A program made the translations under genes and the position numbers. From Escherichia phage KKP 3954, in sequence record OR067838.1: 64,000 nucleotides of DNA. One strand, given 5' to 3'. Under the pieces are notes generated by a model. The model was not told the origin of the DNA, ran no database searches, and saw only the letters and a program-made list of their open reading frames with translations. Below are positions 1 to 9,256 of this stretch, one piece after another (position 1 is the first letter of the stretch; every line of letters begins with the position of its first letter).

Positions 1-1100
1 TTTTCGGGCCGTCAGGTCCACGCAGCGACAATTCCCAAATATCATGAGAATGAGAATAATTATCATTCGTATTCAATGACTTATGCAAGGCTCATGCCAA
101 CATAGCGACAAGGTGGCCCACCTGATTATAAATCACACAAACACTTATTTATCAATGGCTTGGCAACTTCATCATATGACGGAACAATGTCAACTGATCC
201 CGCCCATGACAAGCAGACTATTATTTATATGAGAATGATTATTATTTAAACGTTTATTAGCATATAAACTAAAATAAATCAAGAATTTTCTGATTTTATT
301 TACGTTTAAGAGAAGGTGCTCAACATTCCCGCCTGTGGCGGTAACATTTCGCCCCCAAAATTATTGCTTTTTATCTTATTATGTGCATAGTGTGCAATGT
401 ATCGGAATGATGATAATCATCCTCCCATTGCCCCCATAATTATTGCCATGCTAATTGTTTCCTTACGTAATTACCACAATGATTATTGTTATTGCGCTAA
501 TGTTATGATCTTGGTAATTACATATAATGCTAATAATAAGCCAGCGCAATAAGTGTAAGCGTCATTACGCTTGCAATTATTGCAAGCTACGCAGTAACAA
601 GAAATAACCATCACCGATGGTTATGATTGTTGGGGTGTAGTTGGCTTATTATTAGCTCGCTACGTGTCCGGCGTAGCGTGCTAATGATGATCCTTGGAAT
701 GATTCGTTTTGTAATGATTTCATTCAGTCACTATTATGGCAATATACACTATTTTGCTAATAGTTGATCTTTTAATGGTTTCGTTTGTTATTGTTCGTTA
801 GTTGGTTGTTTTGTCGTGTTATCGTTATCTTGTTTAATATTCATCATGGTTTGATTGTTTGTCGTTATCAGTCATCTTGCTATTATTCCTTTGATTATGA
901 TTAGTTTGCTTATTGTTTTATGTTGTTTGTTGGTTAGTTGTTGCGAACTATTATCAACATTATAGTTATGCACTTATATTGAATAGATAATCAATGATAG
1001 ATGATAATGGTTATCATTGCACTAGAAAGGAGGTAAAAGGGTGTTTTTGATGGTTTGTTGTTGGTTGTTGATCGATTTTAACCGCTCTAAATAGCTCTCT
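1..1100. other. Long non-coding AT-rich region with strong T/G skew on the plus strand, short inverted repeats and operator-like palindromes; no ORF of 60 aa or more on either strand
   Basis: ORF track empty before 1120; low-complexity gtt/ttg/tta-rich sequence at 660-1000; hairpin-capable repeats at 540-700. Confidence 0.5.
45..67. promoter_or_regulatory. Palindromic operator-like motif ATGAGAATGAGAATAATTATCATT (Fur-box-like AATGAT-N-ATCATT core); related copies at 231-247, 405-424, 981-1020, 11607-11628, 11667-11685, 11695-11717
   Basis: Repeated near-palindromic motif seen directly in sequence, confined to the non-coding regions flanking the early gene cluster. Confidence 0.3.
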
Positions 1101-1221
1101 AACAGCCTGTTGCCCTGAGATGTATGGTTATTCGTTTAATGGTCGATTAGCTCGATACCGTGATTTATTCAGTTTTGTTCTGTGTCGGTTTTTCATAGGC
1201 GAAAGCTATCAACATTATTCG

Positions 1222-1251
1222 GGCAAAAAGAAAGGGCGCTTGATGCGCCCT
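1222..1251 (-). terminator. Rho-independent terminator (hairpin AGGGCGCATCAAGCGCCCT plus T-run on minus strand); identical copy at 6145-6173
   Basis: GC stem-loop followed by TTTCTTTTT on minus strand, just downstream of the stop of gene 1267..1650. Confidence 0.55.
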
Positions 1252-1266
1252 GGTATGAAATGTTAT

Positions 1267-1650
1267 TTACTGATAAGCCGGATCATTTGTTATATCAATC
1301 CAATGAGATAAATTAATTTTATTTTTTGCTTTCATTTTCTCGATCAAACGTTCGGCTAATGTCTCGGAACGAATATAAACGTTTTCGCTAAAATCTTGCC
1401 CCGTTTCATCGTCGATCATCTCGCGATATTCAATTTTCCCGATAAACGCGTGATTCAGCGCATAAGTTTTACCCGTGTACCAATTATGTAAATGAATCTC
1501 GCATTTATAATCATCGCTATAACCTTCGGTTGTTCTAACTTCAACCAGATCGCCTTTAAACACTGACAAGCACCACATAGGATCACGGTCTACAGCGCCG
1601 TTAAAGTCTTTACCGTTTACAGTCGCTGCCAGGTTGATGATATTGCTCAT
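1267..1650 (-). CDS. Hypothetical early protein
   Basis: ORF track 1267..1725; start moved to ATG at 1650 with AGGAA Shine-Dalgarno (SD); TTGACA-17-TATTAT promoter upstream. Confidence 0.55.
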   Translation of the reverse strand: MSNIINLAATVNGKDFNGAVDRDPMWCLSVFKGDLVEVRTTEGYSDDYKCEIHLHNWYTGKTYALNHAFIGKIEYREMIDDETGQDFSENVYIRSETLAERLIEKMKAKNKINLSHWIDITNDPAYQ

Positions 1651-1696
1651 GGTGATTCCTCGTTTACCGTTTAAAATTGTTTGCCCTACGTGATAA

Positions 1697-1725
1697 ATAA
1701 TAATGTAAGCGTGATCCGGTGTCAA
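1697..1725 (-). promoter_or_regulatory. Sigma70-like early promoter (TTGACA, 17 nt spacer, TATTAT)
   Basis: Consensus -35 and -10 hexamers read on minus strand upstream of gene 1267..1650. Confidence 0.5.
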
Positions 1726-2033
1726 TAGGTAGAATTGTAAAGATTTGATAGTTTATTCCTTTGATGTTTTGTTGTTTGATAGGCATTAGTTATCAATATA
1801 TAGCGGGGTCTTCCGGTGATTATCTTCCCCTGCTTCCAGGTGCCGCCCGTTCAATAAGTATAACAAAAAACAGAACAAAAACAAGTCCTGTTTTTCTTAT
1901 TTTTAAAACCAGTTGCCAACCGTTTCCAATAGGTCACTGACTACCAGGACAACACTGATCAGCACATATTCAACTATGAAGGGGATAAGCGCCAGCGTCG
2001 CTACTATGATCCCCATTGTGATGATTACCTTTC

Positions 2034-2324
2034 TCATTGTTGGCGGCTTACGTAGGCTTTACCGTTTACGGTCATCGGTATGGCCTCAAGGTCTGGATCT
2101 TCCTTAAGGTCGCGTGCAAGCTCACCGCAGCGGATACCCTCGAATCCGTGGTATTCTGTCTCGCCGTCCTTGAAAGTTTTAGCGGCAAGGCATAGGCGAT
2201 AATTAACACCGATCCGGTTTACTGCGTTGATGTCGGTTAGCGTGATAGATTCCGGCAACTCATTAGCCATTGCAGGCGCGTTAATACCAACAACCAGGGC
2301 AACTACTGCGATCATCTTTTTCAT
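2034..2324 (-). CDS. Small secreted or periplasmic protein (N-terminal signal peptide)
   Basis: ORF track; N-terminus MKKMIAVVALVVGINAPAMA is signal-peptide-like; SD present. Confidence 0.6.
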   Translation of the reverse strand: MKKMIAVVALVVGINAPAMANELPESITLTDINAVNRIGVNYRLCLAAKTFKDGETEYHGFEGIRCGELARDLKEDPDLEAIPMTVNGKAYVSRQQ

Positions 2325-2379
2325 GTTGTTTAACCTCTTCCTATTGCGTTTAATGGGGCGTTACCGCCCTGTTTATGGT

Positions 2380-2616
2380 TTATTGATTGATGTTATAATG
2401 AAAATTATTTTCTTCAATAGCTTTTAAAATAAAAGCCGTGATCGCTTTCGTGTCTACTTGTTCGAACGTATCAGAATAGCACCAATAATAATCATCCCCT
2501 ACTTTCGGCGGGTAAACCTGGACAAGGAGATCGCCACCTGGTTGATCTATAAGCTCAACATGCAAGCCGGATGATTCAGCGGTTTTAACGGCGTTTAATA
2601 CTGTTGCAATACTCAT
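2380..2616 (-). CDS. Hypothetical early protein
   Basis: ORF track; ATG start; GC hairpin leader upstream. Confidence 0.55.
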   Translation of the reverse strand: MSIATVLNAVKTAESSGLHVELIDQPGGDLLVQVYPPKVGDDYYWCYSDTFEQVDTKAITAFILKAIEENNFHYNINQ

Positions 2617-2660
2617 AATCTTTCCCTTTCTGATGTGGGGCGTTGCCGCCCCTTTGTTGA

Positions 2661-2960
2661 TTAGATCGCTGTTTCCAGTAGTTCGGCTAACGTCTTACCG
2701 CCTGATAGTTGGTCTAACGTTTGCTCTTCTGGCAAGAAATTAGCTGATATTAAACCGACTTGATTCCCTTTGTGCCAGTTAGCCTGGCGGATGATTCCAT
2801 CCTTTAAGGATTTTACCGCCATTGTGCAACCGTCGCCAAATGATTCATTTTTATGGTCCATCACTTCATAAGCGCCCAGCTTGCTGCTGTTAGGCACCAT
2901 TAACGCGAATACATCACCAACAACCAGTTTTTCTACGGTAACAATAGCGATAGTTTCCAT
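2661..2960 (-). CDS. Hypothetical early protein
   Basis: ORF track; ATG start; promoter and GC hairpin leader at about 2975-3040. Confidence 0.55.
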   Translation of the reverse strand: METIAIVTVEKLVVGDVFALMVPNSSKLGAYEVMDHKNESFGDGCTMAVKSLKDGIIRQANWHKGNQVGLISANFLPEEQTLDQLSGGKTLAELLETAI

Positions 2961-3041
2961 TTTACTTTCCTCATTATCGGCGGCACCATTGCCGCCCTAC
3001 GTGGTAAATATTAGCACACTGGCGATCTGTGTCAATACTTT

Positions 3042-3428
3042 TTATTCAATATAAATCAAATTATCTTCACCAATGTAAGCCGACACGTTCGGCATAAACT
3101 TAGCTGCATTGGTTAGGCGGTTCGCCGTGTTAGTGGTGTATATTTCAGGGCGATCCCAAAAGCCTACGCCGTGACTGTTACGGGTAAAATGTAAATCATT
3201 CCCGATCTGGTTGGCTGTTGCGCCGTCGCTCATTGCCTCAGAGATAGCGGCAAGATTAGCATTAATAAAGGCTGTTACATCCTGGGCGATCCGTTCGTCC
3301 GCGCTAGGAGAAAAATCATAATCGTCTAAGTTATCAATAAAATTACCTTCATGATCCCTTGCTGATTCAGCAAAAATAAAGGCTTCTTTATAACCGTTGA
3401 TGATTTCAATAATGATTTCTGTTTTCAT
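3042..3428 (-). CDS. Hypothetical early protein
   Basis: ORF track 3042..3446; probable ATG at 3428; overlaps upstream gene by about 22 nt. Confidence 0.5.
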   Translation of the reverse strand: MKTEIIIEIINGYKEAFIFAESARDHEGNFIDNLDDYDFSPSADERIAQDVTAFINANLAAISEAMSDGATANQIGNDLHFTRNSHGVGFWDRPEIYTTNTANRLTNAAKFMPNVSAYIGEDNLIYIE

Positions 3429-3642
3429 GCTGTATACGCTCGACAATAATAATAGTTTGCGGGATCTCGTTTTCTACTACTAACAAGGCTTTTTTCTGTG
3501 TGATAGATATTTTAACACGTTGTAAAGTAGCGGTAAAATCTTTCATTTCATTATGCGCGGATTTAGTACAATGCCAGATCTCAGGTTTACCAACTTGCAA
3601 GCCGCGTAAAAATTCCGTTTTACCTGTCTTATTCGTGATCAT
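3406..3642 (-). CDS. Hypothetical early protein
   Basis: ORF track 3406..3651; ATG at 3642. Confidence 0.5.
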   Translation of the reverse strand: MITNKTGKTEFLRGLQVGKPEIWHCTKSAHNEMKDFTATLQRVKISITQKKALLVVENEIPQTIIIVERIQHENRNHY

Positions 3643-3652
3643 TTGTTTCACC

Positions 3653-3757
3653 TTAGCCGATACCGTGGGAAGATAGGATCATGTTAGCCATAGTTGCAAC
3701 CACTCCAACCGATAACGCCAGGCCCACTATTACAACCGTGAAAATTTTCTCTAACAT
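3653..3757 (-). CDS. Hydrophobic micro-protein (34 aa, single predicted TM segment)
   Basis: Not in ORF track (under 60 aa); ATG 3757 behind early promoter and leader; translation MLEKIFTVVIVGLALSVGVVATMANMILSSHGIG. Confidence 0.4.
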   Translation of the reverse strand: MLEKIFTVVIVGLALSVGVVATMANMILSSHGIG

Positions 3758-3838
3758 GATTCTACCCTCATTAATGGGCGTTGCCTTATTGCCCCGCCCT
3801 ACGAAATACATTCTACCCGATTTATAATTGTTGTCAAA

Positions 3839-4108
3839 TTATTTTTTCAAGCTTGACCACTCAAAACACGGGGCGATCTCGTTAAAACTTGTACCCTGTA
3901 AAGCACATAATTTTTTAGCAATAGCCGCCGTAACCTGGCGTTGAACGCGCGGATCTGCTACTGATTGGAGAAAGTAGGCGGTTTTATATGTGATCATGCT
4001 TTCGCCTGTTTCCTTGTTAACATGATGCACTATTTTAGCCTTATCATCTTTTACCAGGATGTAACCGGATTCGATGGCCTTGATTGCAACGTCCAATGAT
4101 ATTTTCAT
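3839..4108 (-). CDS. Hypothetical early protein
   Basis: ORF track; ATG start; hairpin leader upstream. Confidence 0.55.
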   Translation of the reverse strand: MKISLDVAIKAIESGYILVKDDKAKIVHHVNKETGESMITYKTAYFLQSVADPRVQRQVTAAIAKKLCALQGTSFNEIAPCFEWSSLKK

Positions 4109-4154
4109 GATTTACCTCTTTATTGACGGCGGGGATTACTCCCCGCCTCATTAA

Positions 4155-4325
4155 TTACTCTTCATCGTCGCCGTTATAGTATTCAATGCCGTTTTCATCG
4201 GTTACGGTGATATTAACGCCACCGATAGCAACACGATCACGGGCAAACGTCATGGCTTCATTTAAATCTTCAGACCAAAAAATATTGTGACCTTTGCGCG
4301 ATACATAAAACATAGTCGGGATCAT
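4155..4325 (-). CDS. Hypothetical early protein (about 56 aa)
   Basis: ORF track 4155..4409 begins inside the leader hairpin (translated as HIGRRNGP); start moved to ATG 4325. Confidence 0.5.
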   Translation of the reverse strand: MIPTMFYVSRKGHNIFWSEDLNEAMTFARDRVAIGGVNITVTDENGIEYYNGDDEE

Positions 4326-4410
4326 GATTTGTTTCTCTTCTGTTGTGAGCGGTGGACCATTCCGCCGCCCTATGTGGTAAACTTTACTACGTTGTTTGCG
4401 TGCTGTCAAA

Positions 4411-4695
4411 TTATTTTTTAATGTTTTGCCCTACAAAATTAATCATTTCCTTAAGCTGTCTCTCTGTCATGATCGTACCTGGTAATTCCTCTTTAATTTC
4501 TTGCGGTAAATAGATATTACCGTGCCAGGTTAACAAACAACCGTTTTGATCTTCGCAGATAGAATAAGAAAACATCCACTCGCAATCATTTTCAAGCTCC
4601 CAAAAACACAAAAAGTCTTCTTTCCCTAAGTTTTCAACGGTTAAGCATAATCCGCGACGTGCTGCATAATTAGTTAGGCTTTTTGTGATCTTCAT
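4411..4695 (-). CDS. Hypothetical early protein (Cys-rich)
   Basis: ORF track; ATG start; promoter and hairpin leader at 4700-4770. Confidence 0.55.
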   Translation of the reverse strand: MKITKSLTNYAARRGLCLTVENLGKEDFLCFWELENDCEWMFSYSICEDQNGCLLTWHGNIYLPQEIKEELPGTIMTERQLKEMINFVGQNIKK

Positions 4696-4755
4696 GATTT
4701 TTCTCTCTTCTTGTGAGCGGCATCATTGCCGCCCTACGAGATACACTTTACCAGA

Positions 4756-4884
4756 TTAAGCGGACTTGTCAAACTGTTTTTTCTTTTTCTTTGCTTCTAA
4801 CCGTCTAAGGTTACGGCTTGACTTATTGCGCAAGGCGCTTAGATCGTCGTACCCTTTCCATGCTTGCATATCTTTCGGATTCAT
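4756..4884 (-). CDS. Small basic protein (42 aa)
   Basis: Not in ORF track; SD AAGGGGA then ATG 4884; lysine-rich C-terminus. Confidence 0.4.
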   Translation of the reverse strand: MNPKDMQAWKGYDDLSALRNKSSRNLRRLEAKKKKKQFDKSA

Positions 4885-4893
4885 GTTATCCCC

Positions 4894-5055
4894 TTACTTG
4901 TTAGCCGGATTATATGCCAGGACCGCGCCGCTTGCTTTCACGCTTTCCGCTTCATAATTGCGCAAGTCTTCTTCTGTAAGATTGAGCGCGATCACTTCCT
5001 CGATCTCAACGTCAGCGGCAAGGGCGATCTCTTTGATAATGTCTGTTGTTTTCAT
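4894..5055 (-). CDS. Small acidic protein (53 aa)
   Basis: Not in ORF track; SD AAGGTG then ATG 5055; stop lies in the SD of the next gene. Confidence 0.4.
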   Translation of the reverse strand: MKTTDIIKEIALAADVEIEEVIALNLTEEDLRNYEAESVKASGAVLAYNPANK

Positions 5056-5065
5056 GGTATGCACC

Positions 5066-5185
5066 TTATAAGATGATTAATAAGATAGTGACAACGAAAG
5101 CGATTATACTGATGGCAAATGTCATCTTTTTACCTTCGGATACTGCCGGATTTTGTACCGTGTATTCTACTGTGTATTTGCTCAT
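5066..5185 (-). CDS. Hydrophobic micro-protein (39 aa, C-terminal TM segment)
   Basis: Not in ORF track; SD GAGAGGA then ATG 5185; behind promoter and leader at about 5200-5280. Confidence 0.4.
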   Translation of the reverse strand: MSKYTVEYTVQNPAVSEGKKMTFAISIIAFVVTILLIIL

Positions 5186-5283
5186 CGTGTAATCCTCTCG
5201 TTTGCTTTGGGAACTATTCCCGCCGCCCTATGAATTAAATATACACTATCTCAAAATGATTGCAAGCCTTTTTCTAAATTATT

Positions 5284-5568
5284 TTATGCAGTAAACAAAC
5301 CATCATTTACAACGGCGGCGATGATCTCCCGTGCCATTGATTCAGGGAAAGGGGCGCTATAGTCCTGGCTTGTCTCGTTGGTATCAGTGATCCAATGATA
5401 AGCTAACGAGTAAACGCCTTTACTAATTGTTTTCAGTGAGATGATGATCACTCGATTAAGCTTATTGGTGAATGTTGCCGTTAATGTGTTACCCTCCTGC
5501 GTCATGTTAGACAAGTAAGCGGCATCATTAACCAGGGAAAACATTAGCACGGTGTTAGCTTTACTCAT
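5284..5568 (-). CDS. Hypothetical early protein
   Basis: ORF track 5284..5628; start moved to ATG 5568 after leader hairpin; SD GAGGA. Confidence 0.55.
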   Translation of the reverse strand: MSKANTVLMFSLVNDAAYLSNMTQEGNTLTATFTNKLNRVIIISLKTISKGVYSLAYHWITDTNETSQDYSAPFPESMAREIIAAVVNDGLFTA

Positions 5569-5695
5569 GATTTCATCCTCAAAGGGGGCGCGGCACCATT
5601 GCCGCCCTACACGATAACTATAACACAATATAAAGCAGGATCAACTTTTATTTTTCCACGGTGTTAGTTTGTTAATCATTGGTGATAAATAACGT

Positions 5696-5854
5696 TTACC
5701 AACGTAAAACAAGTACGCCAACTGATGCAACGGCGGCGATCTCATGTAAGGAGGAAGGTCGCGCGGTGTCATAGTAGGTACCGATAATAGCAATAGCGGC
5801 AACGGCGGCAATATCGGTAATGATTTTTTCTTGTTTTGTTGTGATAGTGGTCAT
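5696..5854 (-). CDS. Hydrophobic small protein (52 aa)
   Basis: Not in ORF track; ATG 5854 behind promoter and leader at about 5870-5930. Confidence 0.4.
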   Translation of the reverse strand: MTTITTKQEKIITDIAAVAAIAIIGTYYDTARPSSLHEIAAVASVGVLVLRW

Positions 5855-5939
5855 AATGTTTTTCTCTTTTATGTGGTCGGGAACTATTCCCGCCCTATGC
5901 GATACATCTTATCAGACCTGGTTATGGTGTCAACCATTT

Positions 5940-6125
5940 TTAAAGATATTTTATATTAATAACGTTTTCAGGTTTAACCTTGTTGTGATGTGCATCAACA
6001 TAGATCAGACCATCGTCAGAAAAGCCCAGGATCACGCCCTGCGCAATAAAACCGTATTCGTCACGGTAACGCACGGCTATTTTTAATGTTGCGTTGTAGG
6101 CTGTTTTAAGCTCGTTTAAAGTCAT
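5940..6125 (-). CDS. Hypothetical early protein
   Basis: ORF track; ATG 6125 with SD AGGGGAT. Confidence 0.55.
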   Translation of the reverse strand: MTLNELKTAYNATLKIAVRYRDEYGFIAQGVILGFSDDGLIYVDAHHNKVKPENVINIKYL

Positions 6126-6180
6126 CTGTGTTTATCCCCTGCATGTAAAAAGAAAGGGCGCTTGATGCGCCCTTGTTATG

Positions 6181-6327
6181 TTAATCCTCTAAATCCATCC
6201 AATTATATTTGTCACTCTTCCCGCGCTTTGTTTTATTACGCTTATCGCCTTTGCGGATCACTTCCTCGTTCCAGGCCTTGCGGATCTTGGAAGATTGAAT
6301 TTTTTCTGCGCGATTAGATGTATTCAT
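6181..6327 (-). CDS. Small basic protein (48 aa)
   Basis: Not in ORF track; SD GAGGAAACA then ATG 6327; behind promoter and leader at 6340-6400. Confidence 0.4.
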   Translation of the reverse strand: MNTSNRAEKIQSSKIRKAWNEEVIRKGDKRNKTKRGKSDKYNWMDLED

Positions 6328-6406
6328 TTTGTTTCCTCTTCATATGAGCGGCACCATTGCCGCTATATTGTTAATTTAAACTGTTTTGTAAAATTGTCAA
6401 GGTTTA

Positions 6407-6760
6407 TCATTCATAAGAGCAAGCAAGGATCACGCCTGCAATATAAAGCCAATAATTTTCCCTTTCTCGTTGGATTTTATCATCGCTGCTATTCTCTTTA
6501 ATGTATCCCCAGGATGTTAACAAGCGATCAATTTCCCAATATTCGAAAGCGATATTGATATCTGATGGCAAACCTTGTAACCATGATGCAAGTGCTTTAA
6601 CAATACTATAATTAAAACGTGATTGGTTATCAGGGTACCAATACTCGGAATTAAAACGGCGCATCAATTCCGCGATCTTCTCTTTTTCGGTTGTAATACC
6701 GTAATCATTAAAATCGATAGCGGCAAGGATGTACTCTTTAATTGCATTTTGTGCTTTCAT
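6407..6760 (-). CDS. Hypothetical early protein
   Basis: ORF track; ATG 6760; promoter and leader at 6775-6835. Confidence 0.55.
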   Translation of the reverse strand: MKAQNAIKEYILAAIDFNDYGITTEKEKIAELMRRFNSEYWYPDNQSRFNYSIVKALASWLQGLPSDINIAFEYWEIDRLLTSWGYIKENSSDDKIQRERENYWLYIAGVILACSYE

Positions 6761-6850
6761 GGTCTTTCTCTCTTTTTGAGCGGGAACTATTCCCGCCCTA
6801 CGTGTAACAGTTTACTAAAAATTAAATCCGTGTCAAGCCTTATTTTGTTA

Positions 6851-7063
6851 CTACCATTTGGTATACCCTGTCTCAATGTTAGTAAACACTGTTATCCCGT
6901 CCTGGCGTTCACTCATTAACATACAAGGCGCTAACATCCTTTCTACTGCCTTGCACTCATTATAAGCGGCGGTGATGTCTCCTGCTGCCTTGTCTTCTGT
7001 GGTGAATGTATCGTTTACGTAAACCTGACCAGCAACAACGGCGACAATAGCAAAAGTAATCAT
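6851..7063 (-). CDS. Hypothetical early protein (hydrophobic N-terminus)
   Basis: ORF track; ATG 7063; promoter with -10 inside the hairpin loop at 7085-7135. Confidence 0.55.
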   Translation of the reverse strand: MITFAIVAVVAGQVYVNDTFTTEDKAAGDITAAYNECKAVERMLAPCMLMSERQDGITVFTNIETGYTKW

Positions 7064-7137
7064 GATGTTTCCTTGTTAATAGTGGTTTCTCTTCTCTATA
7101 GCGCCCATTATAAGGCGCTATAACGAAAAGTCAACGA

Positions 7138-7305
7138 TTATTTTTTAAGGCTTAAAGTACCTAACTTGTCAGCATGACGCAGACCAGGGAAGATCCATTT
7201 GCCTGATTCATCTTTTACCGGGGCTTTAAACGTTGCGCCCAGGTTGGCGGCGTTAACTTTACGTGCAACGTTGCGAGCGGCTTCACGGGTAGCGAAAGTG
7301 ATCAT
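7138..7305 (-). CDS. Hypothetical early protein (about 55 aa)
   Basis: ORF track 7138..7389; start moved to ATG 7305 with SD GAGGAAACA. Confidence 0.5.
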   Translation of the reverse strand: MITFATREAARNVARKVNAANLGATFKAPVKDESGKWIFPGLRHADKLGTLSLKK

Positions 7306-7395
7306 GATGTTTCCTCTTCTCTTTGTTAGGCGGTGGGCTATTCCACCGCCTTGATGAATACAGTTTACTTTATTTTTGCAGTATTGCAAGCGGTT

Positions 7396-7611
7396 TTATG
7401 AAATAAATGTCAAAGTAAAATCATAATCTTTTGACAGTTTATATTGCACCTTGTTACCGTATATGTCACCTTTACGTAAAGATCCACGGATACCGATAAC
7501 ATCCTTCACGTCTTTTAAATTTTTCACGCCTGTAATGTCTTTGTTGAAATACTCGTCATCTGAAAATAAAACTTGCTTTGCATTTTTTAACAAGGTGCGG
7601 ATATTAGCCAT
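7396..7611 (-). CDS. Hypothetical early protein
   Basis: ORF track; ATG 7611; hairpin leader at about 7630-7660. Confidence 0.55.
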   Translation of the reverse strand: MANIRTLLKNAKQVLFSDDEYFNKDITGVKNLKDVKDVIGIRGSLRKGDIYGNKVQYKLSKDYDFTLTFIS

Positions 7612-7701
7612 CGTGATAATCTCTCTTCTGTTGTGAGCGGCACCATTGCCGCCCTATGTAATATATTCTACTCTTTTTCTTTCCGGTGTCAACAATCTTT
7701 T

Positions 7702-7929
7702 TCAGATTAATTCGTCCAGGCATAACAAGCGATCAACGTTGAGATCGGTTAGGCTAATCGTCGGCACCTGGTAGGATTCGATATACTCAACGCTTGCATA
7801 TTCCCCAAAATTAGCAACAGCCCAGTTATTCAAGATTTCACATACATCATTAATCTTTTTGTTTGTTACAACTGCTACAACCTGGGAATAGCCAACGGTG
7901 CCGGATACGCGAACAATATTGATAGCCAT
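7702..7929 (-). CDS. Hypothetical early protein
   Basis: ORF track; ATG 7929; hairpin leader at 7953-7972. Confidence 0.55.
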   Translation of the reverse strand: MAINIVRVSGTVGYSQVVAVVTNKKINDVCEILNNWAVANFGEYASVEYIESYQVPTISLTDLNVDRLLCLDELI

Positions 7930-7983
7930 AATCTTTAATCTCTCTGTTGTGAGCGGGAAACCATTTCCCGCCCTATGCGATAC

Positions 7984-8011
7984 ATCTTACACTAATTTTA
8001 AACGTTGTCAA
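7984..8011 (-). promoter_or_regulatory. Early promoter of the conserved family (TTGACA, 16 nt spacer, TAAGAT), followed by GC stem-loop leader at 7953-7972
   Basis: Hexamers read on minus strand; same architecture in more than 20 copies. Confidence 0.55.
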
Positions 8012-8020
8012 CTGTTTTTA

Positions 8021-8260
8021 TTACATTCCAACCATCGCGGCACGGATCGCAGTAGTGCTATATTTGAAACCGTCTGGAGTTTTATCTTGTCCAGTTTGTT
8101 CCAGAAAAAGCATCATATCCCGCGCCGCATCATTACGATTAGCATTAGCGTTAATAAAATCCAAGGCCAACCGATACAATGATTCATCGTTATTAATCCA
8201 AAGGCTTACATTCCAATGAGTTTTGTTTTTGTGACCGTTGTAAGTTTTAGTAATAGCCAT
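8021..8260 (-). CDS. Hypothetical early protein
   Basis: ORF track; ATG start; promoter and leader upstream. Confidence 0.55.
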   Translation of the reverse strand: MAITKTYNGHKNKTHWNVSLWINNDESLYRLALDFINANANRNDAARDMMLFLEQTGQDKTPDGFKYSTTAIRAAMVGM

Positions 8261-8349
8261 GATGATAATCTCTCTTTGAATGAGGCGGGAACTATTCCCG
8301 CTCTCTATGTAATACAGTTTACTCTTTTTATTCGTGCTGTCAATGCTTT

Positions 8350-8715
8350 TTATAAATCTTTTTTACGTTTTACATCGCTTGCATGACTGTATACAGTGAT
8401 CCCATTATCACGGCAAAAACGGGAAAGATACGCGCCACGTGAAAACTCTTTACCTTCCATATTAATAACCTTGCTAAATTCTTCCAGGGCGACGGTATCA
8501 AAATGATCACCATAGCCATATTGAAACGGAACGTTAACCACCTCGATCAATTTACCGCCGATCTCAACGTCAACCATTAAAGAAAAATATGTGTTACCGT
8601 AGGACTGTTGAAACCAGCGACGGGCGCTAATATGCACCGCCTCAATGCTGGATAATTCAATTTTAGCCGTGTTAGCCAGGGTAGCATAAGAGGAAACATT
8701 AATATTACTAGCCAT
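8350..8715 (-). CDS. Hypothetical early protein
   Basis: ORF track 8350..8733; ATG 8715 preferred (SD AAGGT); the 8733 ATG abuts the hairpin without an SD. Confidence 0.5.
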   Translation of the reverse strand: MASNINVSSYATLANTAKIELSSIEAVHISARRWFQQSYGNTYFSLMVDVEIGGKLIEVVNVPFQYGYGDHFDTVALEEFSKVINMEGKEFSRGAYLSRFCRDNGITVYSHASDVKRKKDL

Positions 8716-8803
8716 GATGATAACCTTTTTCATTGTTGGCGGGAAACCACTTCCCGCCCTATGTGGTAAACTATACCAGAAGTTTAAACAGTGTCAACCG
8801 TTT

Positions 8804-9166
8804 TTATTCGTAAATTTTACCGCTTTCGGCCCATACCATAACGCGGCGCATACTATCCCAAGTGTTTTGATCCAGGTTTAAGCCGTGCAACTCTTCGGTA
8901 CTTCCCAGACCAGGTACCGCCTTGTTGTAAGTTGCATATAAGCGCCCTTGATACTCATATGCCAGGGTGAGATCCGTTTGAATCATCTTTTTAAGCATAG
9001 CATTAAGCATCATATTAGCGGCATGTTGATCACGTTTTAGCGGTAACATATCAATAAGGGCGCGATAAGCTGAAACATGAATATCAACCGTTTCACGTGG
9101 TAAATTTTTCATATCATCGCGGAAAGATACCAGATTAAACATGATAGTATTGATTTGCTTGCTCAT
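8804..9166 (-). CDS. Hypothetical early protein
   Basis: ORF track; ATG start; leader hairpin at 9188-9209. Confidence 0.55.
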   Translation of the reverse strand: MSKQINTIMFNLVSFRDDMKNLPRETVDIHVSAYRALIDMLPLKRDQHAANMMLNAMLKKMIQTDLTLAYEYQGRLYATYNKAVPGLGSTEELHGLNLDQNTWDSMRRVMVWAESGKIYE

Positions 9167-9220
9167 TGTGTTACCCTTTTTTGTTTTGGCGGGGAAGTAT
9201 TCCGCCGCCCTATGTGATAC

Positions 9221-9248
9221 ATCTTATCAGATTAAAAAACGTTGTCAA
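9221..9248 (-). promoter_or_regulatory. Early promoter of the conserved family (TTGACA, 16 nt spacer, TAAGAT)
   Basis: Hexamers on minus strand, followed by stem-loop 9188-9209 and SD+ATG of gene 8804..9166. Confidence 0.55.
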
Positions 9249-9256
9249 GAATATTT

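Noticed and set aside
3406-3446. Gene overlaps that contain GTATAC at 3432-3437 and 37997-38002, considered as further frame breaks
   Set aside because: Both have the opposite (+1) frame relationship, and in each the downstream gene has its own start codon inside the overlap (with a strong SD at 37997); they look like ordinary overlapping genes.
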